Below are positions 12,801 through 25,900 of a DNA stretch of 64,000 nt, piece after piece. Position 1 is the stretch's first letter; each line of letters opens with the position of its first letter. Position numbers and translations under genes: made by a program. The notes under the pieces are model-generated. The model was not told the origin of the DNA. It did not search any database and was given only the letters and a program-made list of their open reading frames with translations. Source of the DNA: Nemertoderma westbladi (Eukaryota; Animalia; Xenacoelomorpha); NCBI GenBank assembly GCA_032718475.1, contig JAUCBJ010007293.1:1-64000 (forward strand), in the 5' to 3' direction.

Positions 12801-13084
12801 AGCTTTATGGTACAATACCACCTGTATCAACCACCCTCCGTGAACGCAGATTAAGATTCAGTGGGCACTGCTGGCGAAGTAAAGACGAGGTCATACCAGA
12901 TCTACTTCTCTGGCAACCAACTCATGGAAAGCGTAGTCGTGGACGACCTGCCATAACATATATAGATCAACTTGAAAGGGATACTGAACTTGGGAGAAAC
13001 GAAATTGCGACAACTATGGAGAATCGGGAAGCCTGGAAGGATCTCATTTCCACTGTCCGAGTTCGCTCGACCTAGTAGTAGTAG
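9861..13084 (+). mobile_element. RTE-clade non-LTR retrotransposon (LINE), apparently full length
   Basis: 9-bp TSD taattacca (9852-9860 and 13085-13093), (TAG)n tail after the stop codon, and a single APE endonuclease + RT reading frame. Confidence 0.93.
10033..13075 (+). pseudogene. RTE APE endonuclease/reverse transcriptase ORF with one premature stop (11773) and one frameshift (~12580)
   Basis: Motifs IATMNAR, CIQEH, GDLNA, LDYIL, SDH (endonuclease) and FVDFKKAFDS, QGDTLAP, FADD, YLGS (RT). The PLP*KGD stop replaces an expected Lys. Confidence 0.92.
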
Positions 13085-13464
13085 TAATTACCAAAACAAA
13101 GAGATATTTGGCAACCATTACAATCAATGCCCTAACCAACATGAAATCTAAAAACAAACACAGCCACCAAAGAGAATAGAAAAGGCAACCCCAACAGACT
13201 TAGAAGCGAGCAAGCTGTTTGCATTCCAAAGTAATCATTGAGAAATCCATTGTCCGCTGAATTTCCACTGTCCGAGTTCGCTCGACCTAGTAGTAGTAGT
13301 AATTACCAAAACAAAGAGATATTTGGCAACCATTACAATCAATGCCCTAACCAACATGAAATCTAAAAACAAACACAGCCACCAAAGAGAAAAGAAAAGG
13401 CAACCCCAACAGACTTAGAAGCGAGCAAGCTGTTTGCATTCCAAAGTAATCATTGAGAAATCCA
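13046..13464. repeat. 204-bp tandem duplication spanning the RTE 3' end and the MFS-B 3' end
   Basis: 13046-13249 equals 13261-13464 (one substitution seen), separated by the 11-bp filler ttgtccgctga. Confidence 0.9.
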
Positions 13465-14597
13465 CCAAAAACGGGACCAATAATTGGTCCAATAGACAGT
13501 GACATTCGAAACATTTGTTGGATGAGAGATCTGGTGTCGACGTTGTCTGTGTAGCCACAAATACTAATTGCCAGTTGTGTTTGCGTTTCTAAACCTGGAG
13601 TTTCAAATAATCCAGCACCAAATCCCATTAGAGCAAATCCAGTGATAGAAATAGCGAGATAATGAGGTAAACCCAGTAGTTCCGTAGGGCCTATTAGTTG
13701 CATTGATATTACTAGTATCATTGATCCGAATACAGTTGGTAAGATTGTCTTCAATTTCTTCATCATTAGGGTCATTAGTAGACCAGTAGAAGCTTGAACA
13801 ACCGGTCTTATTATATATATTAGACCAATATTGTATTGGCTCACATAGTAGGTGTGGTGAATGTATGCAGCATAGTTTGCAGCTGTATATGATGAAATTA
13901 ATATATAATACGCATTTAAAATAAATATAAGTGTAATTGCTGGATTTTTCAGAACTCCAAGATAAGTTGGTCTTTCTAAGTTTGATTCACATCGGTCATT
14001 AAGATAAGCTGGTGACTCTATCCAACAGTAAAGAATGATAATGAGAAACATCAAGCCAGATATTATAAATGGGAATTCAAACCCAAGTGCAGCAAAAACC
14101 GAGGATCCAAAAACTGGTGCAAGCATGTATCCTAAGTTGCCACTAACAACTGCTATACTAGTTAATATACTTCTTTGTGTCGGCCACAATTCCATCAACA
14201 AACTGAATGAATACATGAAACTGATGTTGAGTCCAACCGTTTCGATGATACGCAGTGAGAAACATGCGAATATATATAAACCATTATTATTATTTGGGAT
14301 ATATTTGACAAACCCAAAAGCTAACTGGGAAACTGCACCAATAATTCCGAATAGTCCCAGAGAGATATTTGTTCCCCAATTGTTAATAGAGTGAGGGCAA
14401 CTAATATATATTACAAGTCTGACAGCGGCAAATATAGCCAGTAATGCACCAATCAAAGTCTTCGACCAATCCCGGTCTTCCACAACTATTGGGAAGAAAG
14501 ACTCCAATAAATTTTGACACCAACCTGGCATCATTTGAACCACAACTAACATGACCACCAAAACATTAAGTCTCCAGCCCTTTCGATGAAAATCCAT
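13347..14597 (-). CDS. SLC18B1: MFS transporter, SLC18B1-like, type B copy 1 (416 aa, start codon lies across an inversion junction)
   Basis: Uninterrupted ORF, a clear paralog of type A with the same motifs (LRIIETVG, ELWPTQR, LIGPTELLG, IGPVFGGFLNDYFG). Confidence 0.75.
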   Translation of the reverse strand: MDFHRKGWRLNVLVVMLVVVQMMPGWCQNLLESFFPIVVEDRDWSKTLIGALLAIFAAVRLVIYISCPHSINNWGTNISLGLFGIIGAVSQLAFGFVKYIPNNNNGLYIFACFSLRIIETVGLNISFMYSFSLLMELWPTQRSILTSIAVVSGNLGYMLAPVFGSSVFAALGFEFPFIISGLMFLIIILYCWIESPAYLNDRCESNLERPTYLGVLKNPAITLIFILNAYYILISSYTAANYAAYIHHTYYVSQYNIGLIYIIRPVVQASTGLLMTLMMKKLKTILPTVFGSMILVISMQLIGPTELLGLPHYLAISITGFALMGFGAGLFETPGLETQTQLAISICGYTDNVDTRSLIQQMFRMSLSIGPIIGPVFGGFLNDYFGMQTACSLLSLLGLPFLFSLVAVFVFRFHVG

Positions 14598-16127
14598 TCA
14601 ATAGTTCAATTGCTTGTGACAACTTATTTCTCGCGTTTTAGAGGTTTGTGGTGGTTCTGAATTCTCCAATTATTTTCAAATGGATTTTGCGCCCCAGAAA
14701 ACCTGTATTGAGAAACAATTAGTAACTTTCAAATTTTATGAAAATTGTTCACTACTTGTAATTTTGGTGCTGCAATATAACCAAACCACACCAGTTTTTT
14801 TGCAGTCAGATTCAGACTAGTCAAATCTATGTACTAACAAAATATCAGATGGTTTTACAAGGTGTAGGTTTTACAAATCAATAAAATATAATTAGAAACA
14901 GTGTTGTCATAAAACAAATATCTGATAAAAAATATCGAAGAGAGATTTAGAGTGAATGACAATTCCTATATATGAGTCCTTGATCCTTAGTAGGGAAATA
15001 GTAAAACTAATTCGCATTACCTCCGAGTTTCCTTCTTTAAGGCCTAAGGTTTAATTTCACCAGAAGTAATAATATGATGAATATTAATTTCTGCAATAAG
15101 ACACTAAAGTAACTCAAGCCAATAATCTTTTAGGATTCATGAGTGGCTATCAATTAGTAGCCAACAGGTGGCAGTGAGATATCAGCTCTCTTCCTCTACA
15201 TGAGTTGATATGTTTTAGCCACTTAGCGAAGCTATATCTATACAGAATAAATAGCATGGGCATGCATGCTGTGCAAGTGGAAGCATGAACGAATCTCTTT
15301 GAATGATAATTAGTGCATGCTATGCAAATGGAAGCATGAACGAATCTCTTTGAATGGTAATTAATGTTAACTGTCCCTCTCAAATTAACTAAAATTAATC
15401 AGTAATATCCAATTGACAACTGAATTGCCCTGATATGCAATTTCATATAAAATCTGACCAATAAAAAATCAGCGAGAGAACGATAGACAAAAAAGGGAAC
15501 TTGATAAAATAAAAAAGATACAACAGGATGTGGAACAGCAATCTCGAGATATAAAGGCAGAAAAGATAATGATACAAAAGAAAAGTATGGACAACACCAA
15601 AGTAGCCGAGTATGAAACCGTTTCACTCAAGCGAGATCTCCTAATAAAGGAGGATAGGGAGAGAGGGATCGAATGGGAATATGAACCCATTCCCGAGTTG
15701 GAGAAAACTATTCTATTCGAGCAACCCACTCCTCTCCAACCAATCCTTAAAACCCATAAACTCTCTCCCGCAGCACAAGAGTTCATACTGGAAATGGACT
15801 AGAGACGTCATAATGCCCAATACGAGCCTGAAAATGATTTGGAGGGGATTGCTATACATCTTCCCAGTCGGAACGCTCACCACATGAAGCCTTCTTGAAA
15901 ACCTTTGGAGAATGACCAAGTAGGCCATAGTGCCCGCTACGAGCCTGAAAAGGATTCGGACAGGATTGTTATGCACCTTCATGGCCAGAATGCCCAAAAT
16001 GGTTACGAGAGGTACTCAGAAGGTGAAGTAGATCCGATTAACAGGGGAATTGCGCCAGATGAGCCTGAAAAGGATTCGGCTGATGGAGTTCTGCCTGGTC
16101 CACAGACTTCAACCCCTCATCATAACC
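14588..16127. repeat. Inverted duplicate of 45826-47366
   Basis: Same ORFs appear on opposite strands (15530-15802 + vs 46151-46423 -; 15150-15383 - vs 46573-46806 +). Both junctions were read directly. Confidence 0.92.
15480..16127 (+). pseudogene. BEL/Pao gag N-terminal fragment with ~108-120-bp internal repeats
   Basis: Inverted copy of sequence that continues into DUF1759-like and zinc-knuckle coding at 45061-45714. gagcctgaaaaggattcgg-like motif occurs three times. Confidence 0.7.
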
Positions 16128-16549
16128 GTTCAAATAATCAATTTTCAAAATTGACATTTCAAAAATTGATGCTGGCAACAAAATTTGGCACCTGCCGAAA
16201 AAATCAAGTTTGAAATTTCTAAATTAATTTATATGAATTCCATCAATTGCAAACACCAAAAAACCGGTATTAATAAAAAAAATAGAGATGTTTGTTACAA
16301 ATCAAAATTCATTGAAATGTAATTTCAAAAACGTCTCAAAAAAAGTGCCAAAAAAGGGTTGAAAAATTGTGCTATAACTCGAAAACTTCTCAATAATTTT
16401 GAAAACTGTTTTCACTATTAGGAAGACAATAGATTTTTAGGAAAAGCCATAAAATTTCAGATTCCCAACTGTCTTTGTTTCATAGTTATAACAAAAAAAT
16501 CACGGGGGGATCATATTGACCCCCACCCCTCCCCCCGGGTTTAATAGGG
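16128..16549. mobile_element. piggyBac-like non-autonomous element end
   Basis: Ends ccccccgggtttaataggg followed by TTAA (16550-16553). Second copy ends at 47902. Confidence 0.55.
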
Positions 16550-16809
16550 TTAAAGAAGGAATCTCGAGGTAATACGAATTAGAATTAGTTTTACTATTTC
16601 CCTACCAATGATCAAAAAAGGGTCAAGGGTCATTCTCTCTAAATCTCTTTTTGTTGTTTTTCAGGTATTTTATCTTTTATGTGTATTCTTATATATCTTT
16701 TCTGTTTATTTTATCAGGTATTTGTTTTATGACAACACTGTTTCTAATTATATTTTATTGATGTTTAAGACCTACACCTGCTCTATAATGTTCTAACATC
16801 GTGTTTATT

Positions 16810-17235
16810 AGTGGCAACATTTGTCTTACTGACGGACGACACCGAATCCTCTAGATTCACCTCGGTTTCGGTGTCATTCGAGCCCGCCCATCCCACTAAC
16901 TCTCCACTAACTCATCCCTCGCGTATCTACCAGATAAGGTCCTATGTACACTATACTGTACGGCATTATCCCCGATCGCAACAATTCAAACAGTTCTGTT
17001 GCGACCTCTCTCGCCCTCTCATTCGCCAACTCGCCCGGCCCAAATTGGACTAAATAGTGAAAGTGTTTATTGCACTCACCCAGTCTGCGGTTTAATTTGG
17101 GTTCATCTAACTTTCCTCCCTTCTTGGCATCATTGAGAATCCTTCGTGTGGCAATGTATCCTCGTTGTAGATGATCACTCGTCACCATGTCCTCCTCTTG
17201 AGCATCTTGGTCTCCTCGTCTCGTCCGTCCAGCAT
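16810..17235 (-). pseudogene. BEL/Pao gag N-terminal fragment related to 3955-4330
   Basis: TSDHLQRGYIATRRIL..LGECNKHFHYLVQFGPGELA..VATELFEL..VYIGPYLVD aligns with TSDRLRRAYNATKKLL..LGESNKHFRYLVHFGQGELA..VATELFEL..VYIGPFLVD. Duplicate at 48165-48580. Confidence 0.85.
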
Positions 17236-19037
17236 CGCATGGCATGGATTTCACGGCGCATTTAACGGCAACTTATGCCCCATAGAACACAATGTATTCC
17301 TATTGTGGTTTGTGTTGTTCTTTGTGGGCCACTGTATATACTTAACTGTGATTCGTAAATTGCAGTTCCCCATTTTCTCCCATATAAAAATACAATTGAA
17401 TAATCCGATTTGAAGCTTTCATAGACAATAAAAGAAAAGTAATACAGATCGATACATAGTATGATATTGTATGATGGATATACAGACTAGGTTGGTAGCT
17501 CAATTTGTACTCTTACAGTATTATTAGCATCGTAAGGTTTCTAGTTATTAGTTCAGGGGCGGAACCAGGGGGGGGGGGGGGGGGGGGGGGCACATGCCCC
17601 CGGGCAATTTTTCAACTATGACTAGTGTAAGCACTAGCGTACCGAGGGTGGTGGCCATGTGGCTATAGCCACCCCCTAGGAAAATGAGAAAGCATACTGA
17701 AAAACCCCTTCCATTTGAAGTGAAAAAATAAATATTACAAATATTAAAGATCCACATACCAAATTTTCTGAAACAAAGGTATTTTTCTAAACTGAAAGCT
17801 TCGCATTGTAACCTGGCTGGCCAAGAGCTAGATCCTTGGGGGGTAGGGGGATAATATGAATCGACGAAATTTCAAATTATTCCCTTTTGTGACTACATAT
17901 TTCAATATGAGCCATTTAATTATTGTGTATTAAAGGCCAATAGCCCGATGAAATATGTTGTTAGTTCAAGCTAAATTTAAACTAAAAAACATCAAACATG
18001 TCATGCAGACAGCAAATAAATCGAAATTTTGAAAGGGAATTTTTTTTTAACTTTTATAATATTACTAGCAGGCAATACCCGAGGCATGTTACCCGGTATT
18101 TCCCGCTACCAGCATAGGCCTACTGGCGTACTGGTACCGGTATAGGTCTACTGACGTACCGGCGTTCCTGAAATAACTAGTGCATGTGGTTGTTCTGAAA
18201 AAATTTGTGGTGCGTATTTTTTTTTTGACTAAAAGTCGTTTAAAACGCACTGATATTTTGATTTTATACAGTATGGGCTGTTAAAATATGGCTCAACATG
18301 TTTATTGGCAAAATTTAAACAAATTTTTGGCTTTAATCTGAAAAATTGGCTATAAAAACAGATAGGTTTTAAAGAACAACCGAAACCCTTTCGAATGAGC
18401 CCAAAATAAAGAAAATTGGTTAAAAAATGGTGGAGGAGTACTATTTTGAAAAATTTTTAATGTCATTCCGAGATAATTGCCTACAAAGTTTAACCCTTCC
18501 CAACAAAAGTGGCTGTCTGTTGTCTGGTTGGTTAATCATTTCTGGCACGAAAGAAGCACACCACCGAGCTAAAACTTTCATTATGGGGGTTTTCGGAGTG
18601 GCTGAATTCATTTCTGATGCCAGTTTTAAATTTTGGTGCAATCTAGTCTATCTCTCTGTCTATCAGTTGTCTGTCTGCCTTACAATTTGCATTAAAGTCA
18701 ACAAGAAAAGTTAGAAATACATGCTGATCCACACATCAGTAGATGCTTGAAGACTGCTAGAAATTTTTCAACTCCTTTTCTGTAGCGACACTAGTTAGTG
18801 AATAGCACACAATCAGAACCTCTTTAGGTATTTTATCTAATGCTGCATGTGTAGTTGCATCCATCAATAGACAAATTCCACCTTTACCAATATAATCTGC
18901 TGTAACGAGGGCACGTCACCAACCACCTCCCATATCTGGTAAGGCCATATACCCCTGCAGCCGAGTATAGTGGGTCCTCAACCCAGGACCAATTAATCCT
19001 AATTAAGACACATAGTTAAGATTGATAGGTCTATGAA

Positions 19038-19926
19038 ATGGCACATTAAAATTGTTCTATTATCTCAAATCGAACCAATACAAGTGCTGGAAATCCAAAG
19101 AGTTGGATATTTACATGTTAATGGCCATTCTGCTGGTTTATCAAATGATACCAGGTTGGTGTCACAATCTATTGTAGACCTTCTTCCCAATAGTTGTGGA
19201 AGACTGGGATTGGTCGAAAACTCTTATTGGTGCATTACTTGCTATGTTTTCATTGGTCAGACGTATAATATACATTACTTGCCCACATTCTATAGACAAT
19301 TGGAGAACTCATATCTCCTTGGGTCTATGTGGAATTATTGGGGCACTATTGGGGTTATTGTTGGGGTATTATTGGGTTTGTAGAATATATATCCCTTATC
19401 ATAACAAGGAATTAATTATATACAGTCACATGTTTTTCACTGTGCATCATCGAAGCTGTTGGACTCAACATTAGTTACATTAGTTACATTCATTCAGTCT
19501 ATTGATGGAATTGTGGCTGACACAAATAACTTGATTAGCTAGTTATTAGTGTCAACATGAATACACGGTAGCACCGTTTTTTGGTTCTACAGTTTTTGCG
19601 TCATTGGGATTTGAATTCCCATTTATAATATCAGGATTAATGTTTCTCATTATTATATTCAAACACCTGCTCCGGAAACCCAAACACGATTGTCTGTGAA
19701 TGTTTGTGGTTATCCGACAATGCCCGGCAATGTTGACACTAGATCTCTCCTCCAACAAATGTTTAGAATAGCAACATCTATCGGAGTTATTATAGGTCCT
19801 ATTTTTGGTGGATTTCTCAACGATTACTTTGGAATGCAAGCAGCAAGTTCGCTTCTAAGCCTGTTGGTGTTGCCTTTTATTATATATTTGGTTGTTGTGT
19901 TTGCATTTAGATTTCGTGTTGGCTAG
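19038..19926 (+). pseudogene. SLC18B1-like MFS pseudogene with frameshifts and ~430-bp internal deletion
   Basis: Homologous to 55181-56464 at both ends, deletion junction near 19655, several short filler insertions. Confidence 0.92.
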
Positions 19927-20014
19927 ATTAATGAAAACCCATCATGGTGGGAGCTCTGTTAAATTGTTGTATATCGAACTATATTCAAAGGTCATATGCA
20001 TTGTAGTGTCATCT

Positions 20015-20825
20015 AGCTCTCCATCCCCATCTTATTCTAAGACCTTGGACATTTGGAGCAAGTCGACTACTGGTTTGAAACATTTTTTGAATACATCATT
20101 GATAATAGCCAAAAGGATGGGCATACCATGGCATGTCTACCAGAAAGGAGTATCTTTTACAAAGTCAGCTCTGTGATGAGTCTCAACATACCTTCCACCA
20201 ATCTTGTAATTCAATGTCAATATTTAACTTATATAGACATGGGCTTAGAAATTGCAAAAAGTAAGTGTTTGATGCTGCTCAAGTGTATGACAACACCTTT
20301 CGGTTTATTCGTAAAATCTTCACAAAAAGTGAAATTGCTGTGCTTCTGGGTGGTACTAATCAAAGCACTTTTTGTGACTATTTATTCCAAACTGCATAAG
20401 TCATTTTCAAAACCACTCACAAATTTTGAAATAAATATGCACACACCATTAGATTTTGATCCCGGGAGTTATTCAGCTGTGAAACCAATAGTACAACATG
20501 TCCTGTCAGAGTCTGGCATCCAAGTTGACGATGAAGAAGACTCTATTGCCTACAATGATCAAAACATTCCTGCACGTAAGACATAATAATGTGAAGATTG
20601 ATGGTAGCCCATTTGTGTTACTTTTGAAACTAATTCAGGAGAAACATTCTGAGTGGAGCACAATAATATTTTCTTCTGAATCCAGTATTTGGACATATAG
20701 AGCATAACATGATAAAGGCAGTAGAGGGAAGTTTTGGTTGGGATATAGTATAGTATTTCACCAATTTGCCATGACTAATGGATTTGAAAGTGACAAAGCT
20801 TTACTATTTTTAAAGTCAATGATAA
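20015..20825 (+). pseudogene. Decayed transposase-like coding fragment (DUF6589/Academ-like motifs)
   Basis: Frame-stitched motifs DPGSYSAVKPIVQHV, KIDGSPFVLLLKLI, PVFGHIEHNMIKA, GWDI, FAMTNGFESDKAL. Copies at 28495-29480, 51780-52000 and 61560-62355. Family assignment is from memory of the motifs only. Confidence 0.45.
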
Positions 20826-20844
20826 ATTAAGATGAAATAAGTTA

Positions 20845-21335
20845 CTCGGATGAAATCCAGTTCATTATGATTGAATTCAAAATCACAGAAAACCTGTCAA
20901 TCGCGGGAATATACTATAGGTCAAATAGTGATAATTTTGAAACAACAAATTTTGAAAGTTTCTTGCAGCGCAGAATTTTGCTGCCAACACGAAAAATACC
21001 TAGGTGTATGAACTAAACATTACAAATATTGCAATCAACTACACATCCAAAGAAAGCGATATAGTACAGGATTTGTATGGTTTTGAGCAACTTTATAATT
21101 TTGATTAATTGATTTATATTTTCAAAATTTCTGACATGGGTGCGAGAAAGGTCCTGTATCAAAAAACGGGTGAGTAGCAGTTTTCTGTTCATTTGAAAGA
21201 GGAATCGATTTGAAGAAAATTCAAGAAGTTTCACGGTCATACCTAGAAATGTCAGCGGCTTTTAAAATGGATTAGGATTCCGAAACGAAATCCTGATATA
21301 ACGGAAATGACCCCCCTCCCCTATGGTAGGTAGGG
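20845..21335. mobile_element. piggyBac-like element end, multi-copy
   Basis: Ends ggtaggtaggg + TTAA (21336-21339). Copies at ~35535-39865 (split by the Sola element), 52043-52408 and 62375-62864. Confidence 0.55.
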
Positions 21336-22979
21336 TTAAAGAGAGAATATACATACTATGCTTTGCGCTTACAGGTGGTTTATATTCTTTAAGTAATTAA
21401 ATGCTAAATGCACAGTTAAAAGATTCTGAAAATAAAATTTGAACCACAAATAATTAATTAATACCTAATAAATAATTATTTATAATTTAAATATTAACAT
21501 TACTTTTTCTACGTTTTTTTCCATTTAATACGTAATTGTATTCTAATATTGGTAATTTTTGTTTAATAAAAGATAGACGAAACAGTGTTACAAAATAAAT
21601 TGAATTGCAGTATTTTACTCATATTGCTTCCATAGTTACTGCGATTCAAATTATTGTACTATTCAATTCCTAATGCTCCCATACTCAGTGTTTAATAATT
21701 TAGTGTTTTCGAACATTTATTACGTAACTAGGATATTGAGTTCCATTGAGGAGTACTCCTTGTAGACACTAAAGTTGTACTATCGTCTTCCTAATAGTGA
21801 AAACGGTTTTTAAAAATATTGGGAAGTTTTCGAGTTATGGCACCTTTATTAAAGGGTTAATAAAGGTGCCATAAACCAAAATACACCAAAAAAAACGAAC
21901 ACCAACAAAAATAAAATCATATTTTCATGAAAATATACGTTTCAAATAAAGTGCCAAAAGTAGGGACTTGTGGACTGTTCGTTAGGCTGTTTGTTTCTCT
22001 ACTCGCTAGCTAACTAGCTTATCTGGATAGCTGCCGGGTCTAGTTGAAAGAAAATCAGTTGTTTTATCGGTTGTTTATATTTCTGGTTGTACACTACTAG
22101 ACTTGTAAAGTGCAGTATCCTAACCACAGCTAGTGCTAGAGGTGCAAAATGTTGCAGCCTCCGTTCTAATAAATCGCCAACTGATGTGGTATCCAGGGTT
22201 CAGCCTAGTATAAGTAACGCCAGCTGATTGCTAACTGTGAATTGATAATAGTACCAATGGTGGCCTTAGAGTTGATCCGCCTTACACATTGGTTGTTTAA
22301 CAACATGCTATGTGTCCCCTTTTTGATTTATTGCACATGCCATGAGTGAGTTAATAAGCACTCATTAGCCCGATGTTTCTTCCAGCCAATTTTAGTAAAT
22401 TGGAGCCTGACCAACTTTGAAATGGGAGTGTATAGCGGACTGAGTCCGCTAACACCCCCCCCCCCCCCCATGCTATCTTCCTGGTTGAAGATAGCATCAA
22501 GCATAAAGTGCGCTCCATATCCATAATAAAGGGATTTCGATATTTTATCGAATATGAGGTGGGAATCTCTACTCTGGGGTCAGTTTCCCAAGCTGGCCCA
22601 CTGGGTCTGATGTCTCTACCCAACCTTGACATACCTGCGATTCCAAGGTCATAGTTATTAGGTTGTATTGAAAAATATCGAGACATGAAAAATATTGAGA
22701 GAAAAAATCTCGAGAGTAAAAATAATGAGTGTTGAAAAATATCTAGAGTAAAAATATTGCGAGTAAAAATAATGTGAACATTTTATTTAGAATTATGGCA
22801 CAATATTGCACAACAGTGCAATATTCGGGTACAACAGTGCAAGTGCAAATAAATGGCATTAATACACCTTGGTGGATACCCATTGACCATTATACTAGCT
22901 AGTTCTTGGCATTTTTTTTATAAATATTATAGATGTGCTAGCTCTCAATTTTGATAAATATTTTTGTTCTAGAACAAAT

Positions 22980-25900
22980 AAAACCATTTTCTATACCAAT
23001 TCTACCCAATAATCCCCCAAATAATCTCCCAAATTCTCTCCAATTCTAACCAATTCTATAAAACCATATGCTGCCGGATTTTCCAGCAACTTTAATTTCC
23101 AGTCGATTTTTTATTTACCAAATGTCTCGGTGACCAGGGAATTTCCAAGAAATATATTGTATGCTCTAACTCCTTTATCATTGCTCTAAAGTTCGTCGCA
23201 TTATCACTTAACATGCGTTGCGGGATGCCCCGTCTAGCTATGAAATGCTTAAAAGCGTTTACAAACGATACGGCACTTAGAGAACTTACCAACTCTAAGT
23301 GTATCGCTCGAACCACAGCACAGGTAAACAATGCCACCCATTGTTTTCCAGTAGCGGATATTGGGTCTAACGGGTTAGCTGTAACAATGAGAAGTCCCAT
23401 GAAATCGACCCCTGTAATTTCGAAGGCATTTACTTGATCATCTAAACGAGTTGCAGGTAAGGGTGCTATAGGTGGTGCACTATATGGTGTGCCCTGTATC
23501 CTTTTACATGTTACACAAGGGGAGATTGTGCTTTTGACTATTTGGCGACTGCGTGGGACCCAATATCTCTCACGCAATTCGACTAAAGTGTGTCGAACCT
23601 GTCCGTGCTCGACACGCTCATGAGTTCGTAATATATTGAGCTTGGTTATGTGTGCGGTGGGTGGGAGCAGAACAGGATGTGGGACATTATTTTTGAACGT
23701 GTTTGTGTTGTTCACCTGGTCTAATAATATAGTATCAGTATTACAATCGACACTGGATGTACTTTGGTATATAATATTCTCAGACAGACATTTTATTTCT
23801 GTTCTACATGCCTCAGAAACTTTTTTGACTTCGCTAATTATGTCAGGAGCCCACTGTTCCTCGCCCCCTTGCAAGAATTCGGGTCCATTAAACCAATGAA
23901 CCGATTCTTGCAATTCGACTTCAGATAAACCTCGTGTAGGGAAATCTGCCGGATTTATCTTCCCTGGACAATAACGCCAATTTATATTGCCCTTTTTATT
24001 TCGCGTATCTCATGAACACAATTTTTAACGAATTGATATTGTGTATTATTTTTATCTAACACCCAAATTATGACATCCTTGGCATCACACCATATATAGA
24101 CATCGTCTATTTGTATTTTAATTGAACTATATACGAATTTAGTTAAACGAGAGGTTATTAGCCCCCCCTAGCAATTCTAGACGCGGTATTGACGGTTGAG
24201 TGTTTGGTGTAACTTTAGACTTACACATTACCAACGATACATTAATCTCACCACTTTGATGTATAGAGTGTAAATATACTACTCCTGCATACAGCTGTTT
24301 AATGGTGTCACAAAATGTATGTATTTCAACTGAAATTAATTTTCCATTAAAATAATAACGTGGAATTGATATTTGGTTAAGATTTTGTAAATCTTTGATC
24401 CATTTATTCCATTTTCCTTTTAGTTGGTCTGGAAGTGGATCATCCCATTTAACATTTGATTCATACATATTTCGGAATTCTACTTTCATAGGTACTACAA
24501 ACGGCGCAATTAGACACAATGGATCATAGACCTTTTAGTTGGTGTTAAAGTACTTACATAGTGTTACACGTGTGACAAGTCGATGGTAAGTGTGTCCATT
24601 TGTAAGTCCCAACACTGTCATAATACTCTTGTAATATGAGGAGCCATTGGATTCGGTAAATTTAAGGTAGCTTTGGCAACAGATTCGGTATCTGCGCCGA
24701 TTACGGGCAAAGATTCACCTTGACTAACATTACATTTGAATTTTCCATTTTATTAAAATTTTCTTATAACTCCGTATTAATTGTATTCCATTTACGTATG
24801 TTGAAACCACCCCGGGCTAATATTTGTTTTCCATTTTTGTATAGATCCATTCCTTCCTTAACACTTCCAACTCCAGTGGTTAGATCGTCTACATAAAGGC
24901 TTCATAAATTGTCGATTATTGCTAATTCAACTTGGTCAGTAGTTTTAGATTCTATATGTAAATTATGTTGTAATGTGGTGTACAGTATGTCTTGACTACA
25001 ATTAAGTCCAAACATGGCCTGTGTGTATCGGTAACCTACCAAATCCAGTTTTGTATCTGTAGTACTCCAGTTATGTATATCCCTAACCCACAAGAATCGT
25101 AACATATCCCGATCTAGTGGGTTTATAACGCACCTCATAAACGCGTGTTCTAAATCGGCTATCACCCCCACAAAGTTAATTCTAAAATTAATTATTTGGG
25201 TGCATAAATTGAGATTGAGTTTGGGCCAGTCATTAGACAGTCATTTAAAGATAATGACGTCTCTGACCTTTTAGCAGATGCGTTAAAAACAACATGCCAC
25301 TTAGTTGTGAATCGGGTTTCCTTTAAAACCCCGTGATGTGATATATAATGACAATTCTCAATATATTGGCTATTATGTTCTACTAGCTCGATAGGTTCGA
25401 TATAACCATGCATCAAGTGCTCTTTGATCACTTCATCATATCGTTCTAGAATACCTGATCTGCTTAGACGGTTTAAAGTAGATCTGAGTATTCCTGAACA
25501 ATAATCAAAATCATTCGTAATGTGGCATTTGGGTAACTCCCAAGGGAGTCCCACAGTATACAGACCATTCTGCATTTCAAATTTACCCAAAACTTTATAA
25601 AAAATATCAGGTTCATTTAAATTAATCCCAATTGATTCTAAAGAATAAAATTGCTTAATGAGGTCCACCAATGATTTATGGGAATCATTTGTATACAATG
25701 TTTGCGTCATTGTGGTTAAAACCTCTGTGCTAGTTGGTAGTATCATGTGAAGTGGCATAGTATTTTCATATGCAACTTGACGCGCCATCCCAGACAATAT
25801 CCAACCAATGCTACTGTCCAGGGCGACCGGGTCATCGCTGCACCCACGCATTACGGTCCCGGAAACGATATCCAAATATTTTATCAGTGCTGATAAGAAG

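Larger units (their letters stand above)
16128..22976 (+). repeat. Segmental duplication unit, direct copy of ~47485-54620
   Basis: Near-identical sequence and ORFs (16608 vs 47961, 16811 vs 48164, 17548 vs 48862, 22351 vs 53686), differing by several indels. Confidence 0.95.

Noticed and set aside
14035-14394. Antisense ORFs over MFS, RTE and BEL sequences
   Set aside because: Shadow frames of real coding strands; their recurrence reflects duplication.
17553-17840. hAT-like MITE starting caggggcggaaccagggg
   Set aside because: Only one terminus was found, with no matching TIR or TSD.
20053-20586. 177-aa ORF (also 61584-62117) as a real conserved gene
   Set aside because: Non-ATG start, conservation explained by recent duplication, broken in other copies, and better read as frameshifted transposase-like sequence.
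18490-21339. Single piggyBac-like element (TTAACCCT...AGGGTTAA) carrying an MFS pseudogene as cargo
   Set aside because: The two ends match for only 4 bp plus scattered bases, and the right end also occurs without MFS sequence at 35.5-39.9 kb.
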